From positions 28,210,001 to 28,274,000 of the forward strand of contig CAIIXF020000001.1 in assembly GCA_903813345.2 (NCBI GenBank): a stretch of 64,000 bases of DNA, in the 5' to 3' direction. A program made the translations under genes and the position numbers. Below are positions 24,269 to 36,161 of this stretch, in pieces; position 1 is the stretch's first letter, and each line of letters starts with the position of its first letter. The notes beneath the pieces are model-generated. The model ran no database searches. It had not been told where the DNA came from and was given only the letters and a program-made list of their open reading frames with translations. Origin of the DNA: Owenia fusiformis (lineage: Eukaryota).

Positions 24269-24427
24269 ATGAGCACATCTCTCAAGATGCAAGCAGATTC
24301 CACTCAATCTGACATGCCATCAAAAAGGGCCAAGACAAAATCAAAGAAACGTAAAAAATCCACATCTGAAGACAGAAAAAAGCTGGAGAAGGCGAAACGG
24401 ATGAAAAAATCAGCTCCTAAGAAGAAG
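24269..24427 (+). CDS. CAAP1: CAAP1-like protein, coding exon 1 (basic, NLS-like N-terminus)
   Basis: Acceptor TTTTACAG at 24236, ATG at 24269, MSTSLKMQ...PSKRAKTKSKKRKK...SAPKKK, donor AAG|GTGATG. Phase 0 fits the next exon. Confidence 0.8.
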
Positions 24428-26122
24428 GTGATGCCTGAAATGTCATTGGTGTATTTCTGGCTCATTAAAATCTCATGAATGTTGTTTTTTACCTTGAAGA
24501 ATTATACTCGTAGGATAATGGATGCCTTTATTTTGAATTCCAGTAAAGTTTCATTGTAAAGATCTTCCTTAACTAGCCATCTAAGCTTACAGAATGCAGT
24601 TTGTGTGCTAAATTGCAACAAAAAGAGTAATTTTACTTGTAATATTGCTATTTACTGCTCGTCTAATTGCAAAAATAGAATTAGTTTAAAAGGCAAGAAA
24701 ATATGCAAAACACAGTAATGAATAATTTGCCTTTGCTCATCAATGAAGATTAAATAATTTGTGAGAGCTCTCATTTGCCCAAAATTTGTCCAAATTTTCC
24801 CAAATTTTCTCTCAAAAAGCTGTCTTTGTAATTCTCTTGCATTTGAACAAAATCATAAATGCTGGTTTTCCCTTGTATTCTTCTCTCATTATTCTATAAA
24901 AGGAAATTAACATTATGATGGAAGAGTGTTTTATTAAAGGGAATGTCGATGACTCTAATAAGCTGGTCATTGTTATATAGGAGATCAACTCTGAGGCTAG
25001 CATAGCTTCGGAGTTAAAAAGTTAATCAGATTTATTTTTATGTTCTTTAATCCATAGAGTGTTATGAGGTCTACGAACATTTTGTCAAGAAATTAAATGG
25101 ATACAAAGTTCAATTACCCCTATGAATCATATATCTTGGATACTCGGCACCTCTCAAGTTTTCATTACACAGAACGTTTTAAGAATCGGCTTCGAATTTC
25201 AGGAAAATGCAATATGAGTTTATATAAGGTGACATGTTCTTTAGATGTCATTTTCCAAGTTTTTCTCAGAAAAAATGGCCTTTCAGTTCAATTAAAGAAA
25301 CCATTGAGTGAGGCGTGTGTCAGTTTCATTCCATTGTGCTACTGTGTAAACTTATAATGAGCATAATTAGAACGATGCTGTTACATTACATTTAGCATGT
25401 TTGTCTTGAATTTCGATTCAACTTTTCACCCACGATGAAAGTAAGCTGTTGGTGGAGATCTGATCTTGACTTAATCATACATATGAGATTAATATCATGA
25501 TTTTAAGCTTCAATTCATTAAGATATATCTGTATAGGTATATGAAAAAGGTGAAGGTTTTTGATAACAATTTCATTGATAATGCATATTATAGAATATTA
25601 AAGGAGTGTTGTCTGTAAGCTAAGACGCCTACTTATCTTCCTATAATGTAATTCCTCATTAAAGCGGCACCAGTATATAAGATTTAGCTTGAAATATTGA
25701 TCTGTTTTCTCCATCTACTGCATTACGATTTTAATTATTTATTTTTCACCGTGATTTTTATTTGCAATTGTGACGATGAATATTGTGCTGGTTTCATATT
25801 GTTCTGCTGAAGTTCCATTTCCTGGAATCTGTCAACTCACAAAGTGAAATATTGAATTTTTTAATCAATTTCTGAATATTATATTTTCTTTTTTCCTCTT
25901 GATGAGATCAAGGGGTTTTATACACTTGTTTCCTATGGAGCACCATACATTGATTTTCTAAATAGGGGAATACATTGATTTTCTCAATTTAATAAACACA
26001 CATGAAAAGTATAATGTATTTTTTGTTAAGAATCAATATCCAGTAGCCTCTGTGGAATATCTGCCGATGGTATATTGTAAATGTTAAATTTAAACGCTTA
26101 ATGAGAAATTTTCTGTTTTTAG

Positions 26123-26302
26123 GCAAAGCGGGGAACTAATGAAGATGATGATGAAAATCTCAGTGATGACAGTGACCTTGACCTTGAAAAAGAAGTCCTG
26201 CCGATCGGGAAGTTCATCAAAAATAGAGAGACTCTGATTAACGAAATCTTCCACTCATTGAGGGGTTCCCGCTTGGGCAACATGGTTCCCGACATCTTAA
26301 AG
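26123..26302 (+). CDS. CAAP1: CAAP1-like protein, coding exon 2
   Basis: TTTTTAG|AKRGTNEDDDENLSDDSDLDLEKEVLPIGKFIKNRETLINEIFHSLRGSRLGNMVPDILK|GT. Resembles the conserved CAAP1 domain as I recall it (..KKLQKMLPDVLK). Confidence 0.92.
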
Positions 26303-27415
26303 GTGCCAAAAACAATTCTTCATACGTTTGTAAATCTTCAAAAGTCTTACGACATAATTCACATTCTTCTGAAGCAAGATATGTTTTTATTGTGCCATTA
26401 TATCTGTTGTTGCAAGCTTGTGGTTTTAAAGCACTATTGAAAATTATAATCAATAAATTGCATCGTGTTATCTTAGAATTGTAAATTTTATGCATTATTA
26501 CTGCCGAAGCACTCAAACCTGATGTTATTCATTTTATGAATGCTATTTCAAGATCTAAACGAGCATTTCAAATTCATTTGCTTTTATATTTCCTTTTTAA
26601 TGGAGTCAATTAGTATCTTGTGCATGTTTCAAACAAAACAGCTGAACAGTACGTGGCAAGGATGGAAGGATTCAACAGAATGAGTTACAGAAATAGAAAA
26701 ATTGAATAATGCCACGTGAAATTGAATAGATGTATAAATAAATGAATAATAAAATATGATTTTTACCATTATCACCCAGATAAGGGCCTCAAAACATTTA
26801 ACTATTCTTGGATGCATGGTAACATATATAGATGGTCTCTGGTCACCAAAAATGTTTCTCACAGTAATGAACTCTTTTCTAATCCTCATTTTTCTGAGTT
26901 ACCTTAAGGAAGCAACAACTTTAAAAAACATGTTCGCCTCTATTTTTCTGAGTTCAAAATGTTCAAAATGAAGACTACAAAATGTTTATATTTGACTTCA
27001 ATGGCCATGGCACCTTTCCATGGATCCCTTGTAAAAAATGTGAAAATCTGATTTTTCATAAAAAACACTTAGTTAATCAACAGAAACAAATATGATATGT
27101 ACTTAATATTTTATCATAAAAGTAGGTGTCCACTGTTAATGTCCATTATTGACAACTTCTTTCGGCAAACATCTTTAAATAAAACATTAAAAGTTAAAGT
27201 AACTTCTAGTTCATACATCTGTCTAGAATCAGTATGCTTTGAGACTTGCCAATTCTGGCACCATCCTTCTTGTCAATTATTTACATTTTCAGGAAGATTT
27301 TCAAAATAGTTTCTGAGAAATCACATGATACTGTCAATTGACCTTTTTGAACAATGGAATTTGAAAGAGAATGTCTTTTAAATATAAATAGCTTCAACAG
27401 GCTTTTAATCGTTAT

Positions 27416-27562
27416 AATGTCTCCAGCAAAAGTGGTGACATTCGTATTGTTATAGTCTCCAACTTTTTTGTTGACTGTGTTTGGCAGTCAGCGTTTGGTG
27501 GTTGACGTTCAATGTCTGTAACAAATGGCAGGTTGTGACATTTTGCATGTAAACGCCTTCTT
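27416..27562 (+). mobile_element. Short HINE-like family (about 100-145 bp), representative of about 10 copies
   Basis: 5' hairpin ATGTCACCACCAAAAGTGGTGACAT-type, TTGTTATAGTCTCCAACTTTTT, TCTGTAACAAATGGCAGGTKGTGACATT, 3' AATGCCTT. Other copies at about 41951, 42321, 44911, 45263, 47835, 52425, 53762, 60005 and 61733. Confidence 0.8.
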
Positions 27563-28106
27563 CTGTTGTTGCATGTTACCCTTTGCTTTTATCTGATACC
27601 ATTAAACGGTGCAAAGGGCACATCATTCTATCACAACATCATAACAACTGAGCAAGCATCATTCGAATTTTCTATATTCTAATTGCTATGATATTACTTT
27701 GACTTTTTGAAATATCTAGAAAAAAAAGAATCAAATATTTTAGATATATGAGTATCTCGCAATATTCACCAGTTGTCTGATTTTATACGTGAGTGAATAT
27801 CACTAGATCTTTCATTTAGTTTTGACCAATCATACTATTTGGGCTTGACGGTGATATAAAATTGTAAAATCATTTGAGTTGAGCAAAAGTATATTTCTCT
27901 TTTATTTTGTCTCCATTATTCCCTCCAACAGAAAATACCTATCCTTCTATTGTTGTAAGCCCAGGGTGCGTCCAAACATTTATGCACTCTGACAGGCACT
28001 TATTCTATGCTGGTGTGTTAAGGTAGGCTGATCTGAAAGAAAATATAACAAGTCCAAAAGTTGATACATTCTTCCCATCTTAAGAATCACTTCTTCTTTG
28101 TTGCAG

Positions 28107-28191
28107 TCAGTCAGCCAGGATGAACTGAAGAAACTTTGTCTTGAGCAGCTTCTCATCATGTCCCGCAAACGCATCAAAAGAATCATTGACG
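28107..28191 (+). CDS. CAAP1: CAAP1-like protein, coding exon 3
   Basis: TTGCAG|SVSQDELKKLCLEQLLIMSRKRIKRIIDG|GTAATT; resembles CAAP1 EEIKKLCQEQLELLSEKKILKILEG. Confidence 0.93.
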
Positions 28192-28450
28192 GTAATTTCA
28201 ATTTTAATACATTTGAGATTTTGGTTTATACTTTTGTATTTATTTCAGTGATTGAGTTAGTAAAAGTGAAGCCCATCAGCTCCATAATTTCATGCTGCTT
28301 GTCTTGTTTTGGAAACTTTTGTAGATACTTGTCTAAGGTAATACTTGACTTATGTAATACTTGTCTTATTTAGATACTTGTCTTATTTAGATACTTGTCT
28401 TCTGTAATACTTGTCTTATTTAGATACTTCACTTATGTAATACTTGTCTT

Positions 28451-30397
28451 ATTATCCCATCGAACGAAGTTCGGAGGGATATAGGGAACGCCTCCGTCCG
28501 TCCGTCCGTCCGTCTGTCCGTCCGTCTGGGCAATAACTGAAATACCGTTGGCCCGATTTTGTTCATATTTTGTACACATATACCCTATGGGGGTAGAAGT
28601 TCTGCTCGAAAGCCGATTTTCAAAATGGCAGCTCATTTCAAAATGGCGGCCATTTTAGTGCCGATTTTACAGTAATATGTAAAACTGTAATAGCAATATG
28701 TTTTAAATTTAAAAAAATTATAAAGGACATTAATAATGCTACAAAAGTAGATATTAAAGAAGCACATGGCAGCCATCTTGAAAAATGGCGGCCTTTACTC
28801 GTCATTTTACGATTTTTGCTGTAACTCAAAAAATAGTGGAGCGATTTTGTTCATATTTGGTATGTGAATATTATAAGCATTGCATACTGTCTAAAGACAC
28901 TTTTGGTAGAAGGCGGCCATTTTGAAAAATGGCCGCCATTTTAACATATTTTACTATAACTCGAAAAGTAGTGGAGCGATTTTGTTCATATTTGGTATGT
29001 GAATACTATAAGCATGGCACACTGTCCTATGACACTTTTGGTAGAAGGCAGCCATTTTGAAAATTTTTTTGAAAAATGGCCGCCATTTTAACGTATTTTG
29101 CTATAACTCGAAAAGTAGTGGAGCGATTTTGTTCATATTTGGTATGTGAATACTATAAGCATGGCACACTGTCCTATGACACTTTGGGTAGTAGGTGGCC
29201 ATTTTGAAAAAAAATTGAAAAATGGCCGCCATTTTAACATATTTTACTATAACTGGAAAAGTAGTGGAGCGATTTTGTTCATATTTGGTATTTGAATACT
29301 ATAAGCATTTCACACTGTCCTATGACACTTTTGGTAGAAGGCGGCCATTTTGAAAAAAAATTTGAAAAATGGCCGCCATTTTAACGTATTTTGCTATAAC
29401 TCGAAAAGTAGTGGAGCGATTTTGTTCATATTTGGTATGTGAATACTATAAGCATGGCAAAGAGGAGGGAAAGCCCCAGAGTTTCAAGATGACAGACATA
29501 ATTACCTCTCTTGCTTACCACCTTCGTTCGTTCGAATTTTCATCGGCTAGCTATGAAATACTACACTTCGATGGGATGTTATAATTGATATAGGCATATT
29601 CCGTACACCTTTCTTTATCTTGATGTGAAATGAGAAGCTATGATATTGGTTAACACGCCAGAAATGAACGTAATATTATTCGAAGCGTATTTCGAAAATT
29701 TTGAAACCGCCATTGATGACGTCATTTGTTTGTCGACTTTTGACCAATCAGCGACCGTGTCATCTCAATACAGATTTACATTATAAGCGTATGTCATCTT
29801 TGAACCCTGGTGTTTCTCCCCCTCTGAGCATGGCACACTGTCCTATGACACTTTTGGTAGAAGGCGGCCATTTTGAAAAATGGCCGCCATTCTAACGTAT
29901 TTTACTATAACTCAAAAAGTAGTAGAGCGATTTTGTTCATATTTGGTATGTGAATACAATAAGCATGTCACACTGTCTATTTCTAATGACACTTTTGGTA
30001 GAAGGTGGCCATTTTGAAAAATGGCCGCCATTTTAACGTATTTTACTATAACTTGAAAAGCAGTGGAGCGATTTTGTTCATATTTGATATGTGAATGCTT
30101 TAAGCATGGCACATTGTCTAATTAAACTTTGGGGAGTAGTCGGCCATTTCGAAAAATGGCCACCATTTTTATGTGTGTTATTTTACAAGTACGTGTATGA
30201 TTTTTCAAAAATTTTAGAGGTGGCTACTTAAAAGCATATTATTTTTTCTGATGACAACTTGGCTAGTGAGCAACCATTTTGAAAATGGTGGCCTTTCTGG
30301 TGTGTTGTTTTATGATATTTGCTATTCGTTTGTAAAAATGCCAGCCATTTCTGTTCGATGGGATTCGCTACGCTTTGGCGTTGCCATTGTTCTGGTT
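28451..30397 (+). mobile_element. Helentron/DINE-1-like element, copy 2, 7 internal units plus a nested insertion
   Basis: Highly similar to 19029-20238, with the same subTIRs and 3' stem-loop. Inserted in the T-run of a minisatellite unit. Confidence 0.9.
29460..29826. mobile_element. MITE with about 35-bp imperfect TIRs and 9-bp TSD, nested in the HINE
   Basis: AGCATGGCA at 29451-29459 and 29827-29835. Ends AAGAGGAGGGAAAGCCCCAGAGTTTCAAGATGACA / TGTCATCTTTGAACCCTGGTGTTTCTCCCCCTCTG. Confidence 0.85.
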
Positions 30398-31674
30398 TAG
30401 ATACTTGACTTATGTAATACTTGTCTTATTTAGATACTTGTCTTCTGTATGTACTAAGAAACTAATCTGAAATAGACCCTCGCTTGTGTATACTTGATTG
30501 TTTTATATTTGTTATATTTGTATAGCTGTTTTATGTAGGTACTTGTCTTATGGACATACTTGCCTTATGCAGATACTTGCCTTATGAAGATTGTCAGTAC
30601 TTTTGGAGATTGTATACAGACAATTTTCTTATAATTCCTATATTATTTAAATATCGAATATGAAAAAAAAAAATTATTATCTGGATATTTCCATTAAATG
30701 TAAATATATGACAAGTTTGCCTAAATTTTTGACAAAAACATTAGTTAAGTAAATGGTAATAATTAGGAAAGTAAACACGCATTAGGAGGACACATATGAA
30801 TAATATTGTTATAATGGTGCAAAAACTACATTGATTTCTGATGTGTTAACATACAATACAAGTATATATCATACAGGTATTATCCTGCAATTAATGTTCA
30901 GAGTATTGATCGTTTCCGTTCGCTGGTATTGGCAGGGATAAAAGAGAAAATATATTATTTAAAATATATAAATATTTATTTTGTAATTTAGTAATTGTTA
31001 ATTCCTTACTCATCTAATTATATTTCTGTTATATGAATGAAAAGTTTTTTTATCAGAGACGAGTATTGTTATTGAATTTTTTTTTGCTATTATCGATATT
31101 TTTTTTTTTATTGTAAAATCTTCAATCCACTAAAACAGAGAATGTTATGTTATGTATTTCACAAATAATAGCTTTGCCATTGGAAGTAAATGGCCAGCAA
31201 ATTGGAAATGCAAGTTAAACACAAGTGAGGTTTATTTGAATTATAAAAACATAGAAATGTTTAAAAATCTTTTGTTTTACAGTATTAAGGTCCAGGTTGA
31301 GTTATATCCGCATTATTTCTTTTCTCATGAAGAACAGCGTTGGCTCAAACTTATGGCTTTAAAAGTTTGTTTATGTTGACAACAATTTTAATAAAAAAAC
31401 TGAATTTATGCATGATTTAAATAACGACATCTCATAATTTACATTCAACACTTGCATTAAAACATTTTTGAGATTTTACAATCAGATAACATTGTGATTT
31501 TTTATTACAACCTGTAACATTGTTTTGATAAAAAATGTTTAGGTTTTCCTCATCCATTAGCGTCAGTTTTACATCGATTTCATTATATAATGGCCAGCTG
31601 AGCTTGTGAATTTTACGAGAGCATGATAAGTCATATTAATTAAGAATTCATTTGTATTGCAACCAAATGATATA

Positions 31675-32398
31675 CAGGGTGGTCCAAAAAAGTGAACCCC
31701 TGCAACAGGCTATATTTTCCTATCATGCATGAATTGGCTCATATTATCACATCTTGTAAAATTTTTCTTGATGCCATGATGACTGTATTCTCTTTCTTGA
31801 ATTTGAAAGAAATTACAAGATTTAAACAAACATGCCTAAAATTAGATATTGTGCAAAACTTTACCAATGTGATTCACAGAAATTGTTGAAACACATTGGA
31901 TAGTCTTAAAAAAGCTTACAGTGAGAGATGTAAGTTTAAACCATACCATATGACAAATGGTACATTATTTGGGCAGAAAACACATTTCACACTTTCATTG
32001 ACCATTTTGAAGCAGTTTTAACCATTCAACAGTTAAGGGGCATGTTACCTACACAAATGGTTACAGGGAGGCAACGTTACCCCATATGACCCAAAATCTG
32101 AAAAGCCCTTCATATAAATATCTTAAAAAAATCAAAAGGAAATCTGATATTCAGTGTTTTGAGCCATATTTCATTAGAATTGGGCCATGCTAATGAAGAT
32201 ATTGACATTTTAAGACCATATAGGGGTATGTTGCGATTTCACTGATGAAGATGTTTTTCTTTGGAAACTTAGACCATTTCTTTTGATCACAATAACTGTG
32301 CAACTAACAGAGGCAGAATGCTAATTTTTACAGGGATTCCTGCAGGTAATAAAAGAAATATAGCCTGTCGCAATAGTTCACTTTTTTGGACCACCCTG
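31675..32398. mobile_element. Tc1/mariner-type MITE, TA TSD
   Basis: TA|CAGGGTGGTCCAAAAAAGTGAAC...CAGGCTATATTT ... AAATATAGCCTG...GTTCACTTTTTTGGACCACCCTG|TA. Confidence 0.92.
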
Positions 32399-34929
32399 TA
32401 TGCTACATATATCTGGGGTATGTTATGTCAACATGGCATAAAAAATAGTACTTTACTTTCAAATATAGATTAAATAAATGGAAATTGTGTTGCTTTTTGA
32501 CGTTATCAGTCAAACAAATGACATTATTTCAGGGATATTGTGATTTGAAGCATATAGTTATTTTGGTTTCCAGTTTTTCTTTAGTATAATTTTGTATCAT
32601 ATAACTGATGGATATCACCCCATAAAACTGATTTATATCAAATCAGATTTAATTAGTTTGCTAATTCTGCATTTCATTCCTGTAATTAGAAATTTGCAAT
32701 ATACATTTGTTCTCAACAATTTTTCTTCAGATCTTATGATCAAAGAAATGTTCAACGATTTGAATATTGCTTTTTAGTTCATCTTGGGATAACAATATCG
32801 TTTTTAGTCCCTAGCTGGATCCTCTTAATTATACGCTTAAATTCAAAGCAATTATATTTGGAGAGCTCCAATGTCATCCCACTTGATTAGATCAAGATTT
32901 CTTCATTAAAAGGGTAGATGCTTTATAATTAGGCAAAAATGCTGAAATATATGATTTTATATTAATGGCAAATGCTATCAATCTATATGTGAGCACAATA
33001 GAAGGATGGGTGAAATTGCCCAGGTTCTTTGTCTAAAAATGTCAAGGAGACAATGAAATATATAATGGTTGATGTTGTTATGAAATTCATTGATTTTATT
33101 TGATATTTCACACCTTGACGGCTAAACACTTGGCTAATATATAAATGTTGATGCCTAATAAGGGAGCGTTCGAAGAATATCTTCTAGATCAGATACGCGA
33201 CCTCCTCATTTCATTATGCAGAATGACTGTTATCATACTCAGGATGAAAATAGCTTCATATTATGGTCATTCGTGAAGCAAATAATGACATTTGTCTCTC
33301 TCACTTGATTGTACTATTGTTTTATATTGGTTAATTCTATAATTCTGCCTCCCCCTCCCTAAATCTACTAGATTGTGATGGGGACCCGGAAGGTATGTTG
33401 CATTGGTATTAACACCTGTAATACAGTCTCCCCAAAAAATGTTCACCAGTGGTCAAAATGTTTCTGACTCACCCCCCCTTTCCCTCCCCCTTGGTTCTTT
33501 TCTTACACCATCGACAGCTTCTGATTATTTTTCATGATATAGATCATTATCTTTGACATCAATCCCTCGCCATTTCTCTCATTTGGAAAGTATAGATATG
33601 TGATATATTTTGTAGGGGTATTTGATAGCAAATTAGCACCTGATCTTTCCTGCACAGCGTCTTCATCACTATCAATATAGTCAACTGTCTCATAAGATAA
33701 TTAAACAGCCAGATTGGATAATAGAAAACACAATGTATAATAAGAATACCTTTGTTTACAACAAAAAAAACATTCGAATATTTGATGGGAGATGACTTTC
33801 CAAAATGAGGTCAATGGCTTACAATAGAGAATACTTCCAGTTCAAACATATTACTAAGTTCTCTGTAATTACTATGATTTACATAGAGCAATCTTTAAAT
33901 TATATATAACAACTCTAAAATTGAAAGTAGCCATATAAATTCTACTTTATATGCCAGTGACTGGCAAATTGTGGGGATTGAAGGATATAAGTTTGTATAT
34001 TTTGCCTTAAAACGCCAATAAATCTGTCGGAATTATCCAAAGGGATATCTTAAAATTTTCTTGCGAGAATCATTGAAACCTTCGGCTTGTTGACAGAGAG
34101 ACTTACATTGATTGAAAAGATTAAATTAAAATGCATGTTCTGGGCCACAAAGAGTGCATTAGAGAATCTGCTATGGATTGTTAGTGTAAGAATGTCGGAA
34201 GTCGCATTATCTCCATATATTGATCCATTCCAAGTCCAGCAGCATTCATTAAGTCCGAAAATTTCAATAAGAATTCAAATTACTGAGCACTAACACTAAA
34301 CCAGCTAGAAAGCATCACAAATATGAACGCTTTGTTAAAAACTGTTTAATGAAGTTTTATTTTGTTCAGTGTCTTGTCTAATCTTATTGAACAAAGTGCC
34401 AATGGAAGAAGTGTTGATAGAATCCTCGGGGGAATTAGACTGTATGTGTTGAATGTTAAACTTGTGAAATTATTAGATTCAATAATCATATCTCTGTATT
34501 CGTTATGTATTATTTCCATAATATACTGATCTGTGCCGCCACAATTTAGCTCATAGATCGTTCACTCTGACTGCGTCTCTGTGATGTAAAATCTGTCTTA
34601 GTTACATTTATAAGTTATACACATGTACAACCAAGAAATTTTACTTCATAAATCAAATTGTCTTAGATAATGCCATTCTCTGACTCATCTTAAACTAAGA
34701 AAACAGAAGCGAGTTTATACCCCTGAGATAAAAAAATATCTGATTAAATGTACTTTTATTACTAAACGTCGCAAAAAATGACAAAGCTTGTTTTCAAAAA
34801 ACATGATTATGATGAGTTAGTTGTTTTGATGGTTAGTTATTTGATAAATTAGTTAATTTGATGATTTATAAGCTGTTTGGTAGGTTGATTTTTGATTATT
34901 AGTCAGTTGCTTGATTAGTGATGTTATTG

Positions 34930-35345
34930 TTTAGCTGTTTGCTTCATGTTTGGTGGGTTCGATTAATGATGAGTAATATAGTTGATTGCTTCATACAATT
35001 GATGATTATAAGTCAGTTGTTTGGTGGGTTCGATTAATGATGAGTAATATAGCTGTTTGCTTCATGTTTGGTGGGTTCGATTAATGATGAGTTATATAGT
35101 TGATTGCTTCATACAATTGATGATTATAAGTCAGTTGTTTGGTGGGTTCGATTAATGATGAGTAATATAGCTGTTTGCTTCATGTTTGGTGGGTTCAATT
35201 AATGATGAGTTATATAGTTGATTGCATCATACAATTGAAGATTATAAGTCAGTTGTTTGGTGGGTTCGATTAATGATGAGTTGTTTAGCTGTTTGCTTCA
35301 TACAATAGATGATTAATAGTCAGTTGCTTTGTAGGTTTGATTGAT
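34930..35345. repeat. 118-bp tandem repeat made of about 47-bp and 71-bp related subunits
   Basis: GTCAGTTGTTTGGTGGGTTCG at 35012, 35130 and 35248. Confidence 0.9.
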
Positions 35346-35980
35346 GATTAATTATTAGCTCACAAGGATGAGCTACTAATCAATCATCAATCAACTTGTC
35401 TGTTCATCTGTCCATTCAGCCATCTGTCAGTCTGTCCATCTGTCTGTCAACACATTTGTAGCTGATTTTGAAATCCTACATGACAATATTGAAATGGTTT
35501 CACTTTAAAAATGTGTCTATTATAAAGTCTCCAATTGTTCTATAAGTGGCGTCTCAAAAGCTCACCTTTTTTCAAAATGGTGCCCATTTCTATTGCATTT
35601 ATATGAAATTTTCTGCTGTTTTTGGTCATAACTCTACAAGTTAACACAAACAATGTCACAAAGATTCAAAATGGCCACATTTTTGTGGAAAATCAGCTTT
35701 TCAGCTCTTTTTTGGTCACATGTGTTTAGTCCAAAGGTTTTCAGTTGCTCCATGGAGCCTTGTTTCAATGTACTAAAGAACAGTTCAGGTATCATGCAGA
35801 CAAAAAAGTTGGGCAACATTATGTGGATGTTAATAAGGTAGTGGGGAGAACATATTTATTTGACACCCTGTAACATGTTTGTTACATATATTCAAAATGG
35901 CCATCATTTTAATTGTCGAAATAACATTTATTATGTTATAATTCCAGAAGCATTGCATTGATTTTTTTTTATACAGGCAG

Positions 35981-36161
35981 CAGGCCCGTAGCCAGGATTT
36001 GCCAAGGGGGGTTCAGTTTTCAAAAGTTTCCAAGGGGGGTTCACATTTGACAATTTTGACCCAAATATGGCTAAAATGGTGAAAACTGCATGATTTTGAA
36101 AGAATTTTTGGCCAGGGGGGGGTTCGCCCGAACCCTGCGAAACCCCCTGGCTACGGGCCTG
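35981..36161 (+). mobile_element. 181-bp MITE, 16-bp TIR, 5-bp TSD GGCAG
   Basis: GGCAG|CAGGCCCGTAGCCAGG ... CCTGGCTACGGGCCTG|GGCAG. Decayed relative at about 46110-46241. Confidence 0.9.

Larger units (their letters stand above)
28322..30590. repeat. About 17-bp minisatellite (ATACTTGTCTTATTTAG) split by HINE copy 2
   Basis: Units at 28322-28452 resume at 30396-30590. Confidence 0.8.
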
